DNA of 59,180 nucleotides from a virus (Duplodnaviria; Caudoviricetes): IMG/VR virus record IMGVR_UViG_3300007514_000009, positions 1 to 59,180 of that record; one strand, 5' to 3'. Shown piece by piece: positions 58,545 to 59,180 of this stretch (position 1 is its first letter; each line of letters starts with the position of its first letter). The notes under the pieces were generated by a model. It saw only the letters and a program-made list of their open reading frames with translations, ran no database searches and was not told where the DNA came from. The position numbers and the translations under genes were made by a program.

Positions 58545-59170
58545 GCGATGCCTTTGAGGTTGCTTGGGACGTTGTGAAGAACGAGGAGAAGCGTTCGGGC
58601 AATCGTTTCAAGGGCTACTCAAAGAATCGTATTAGTGGTCGCGCAGAGCGGGCAGGTAAAGCACGGGCGTGGAGCCAGAGCCGCAAGGTGAAGCGAGGCA
58701 GGACACGCAAGCGATATGCTCGCAACAAAACACGAGGTAATGTCCGACCTAAGTTGCGTCGGCAGTTAGGTGCGGGCGGTGAGCGCATACAAGTCAAGAA
58801 AACAGACGAGAATAGGCCCACGATTCCAACCAAATGGCGAAGAAAAAAACCCACTGCGCGTGAATCACCTGAAAGAGTAGGGGCAGTAGGGCGTTCAATT
58901 TACGGGAGAGGTGGCAGCGCGGGCCGAACTACTGGCCCAACTGGTGAGCCTCTGCGTGAATCTCTCTATTGCATACGGCCTAACTGTGACAGAAAACTCT
59001 CTGACTCATCTGCTCGCAGACCAGCCCGAATACGACAGTGCGGTTCTTGTGCGAGAGTGCTTGGCCTGAAAGGTCTGGAGGACAAACGAATCGAGCATTT
59101 GCGCCTCATGCGAGAGCAGAGAGCAGGGGATACTGGCAGTGTTGATCCCGGTGATGTCGCGCCCACATGA
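58541..59170 (+). CDS. Arg-rich protein with N-terminal MSDAFEVAWDVVK motif and a C-terminal Cys4 finger
   Basis: ATGA overlap; protamine-like basic tract; CIRPNC...CGSC. Confidence 0.8.
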   Translation: MSDAFEVAWDVVKNEEKRSGNRFKGYSKNRISGRAERAGKARAWSQSRKVKRGRTRKRYARNKTRGNVRPKLRRQLGAGGERIQVKKTDENRPTIPTKWRRKKPTARESPERVGAVGRSIYGRGGSAGRTTGPTGEPLRESLYCIRPNCDRKLSDSSARRPARIRQCGSCARVLGLKGLEDKRIEHLRLMREQRAGDTGSVDPGDVAPT

Positions 59171-59180
59171 CCGAAAATCG

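Noticed and set aside
215-59166. Numerous minus-strand and alternate-frame ORFs in the track (e.g. 14729-15325, 26079-26747, 38559-39170, 54785-55324)
   Set aside because: They lie wholly within long, coupled + strand genes, have shadow-type composition and show no motifs or SDs.
1-59180. tRNA/rRNA genes, integrase, lysis genes, clear terminators
   Set aside because: Intergenic gaps are under 60 nt and none were recognisable by eye. A tRNAscan-SE/Infernal run would be needed to exclude them formally.

Overview
This window is a dense, single-stranded-orientation (all real genes on +) virion morphogenesis module of a large tailed dsDNA virus (Caudoviricetes, siphovirus-type: no sheath gene seen). 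It is most likely an archaeal virus of marine Poseidoniales (MGII, 'magrovirus'-like). That assignment rests on my recognition of the MCP sequence, GGAGGTGA-type SD motifs and TATA-like boxes 30-37 nt before several starts; it was not database-verified. Gene order: four low-complexity/basic proteins, terminase large subunit, a degenerate LAGLIDADG protein, portal, small proteins, a 1123-aa protein with a degenerate ATP-ligase-like domain, prohead protease/scaffold, HK97-fold MCP, decoration/neck genes, a 4298-aa tail-terminator-like/giant fibre fusion, fibre chaperones, tail tube, tail chaperones with a -1 frameshift, tape measure, Dit-like, two giant tail-tip proteins and late small genes. 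The most interesting signal is a shared N-terminal peptide F-[DEN]-x-[AI]-W-x(2-6)-K on otherwise unrelated, often basic or Zn-binding ORFs scattered across the module. Together with recurring hydrophobic-x-K|[SAG] sites in head-region proteins, this suggests a capsid-targeting and protease-release cargo system.
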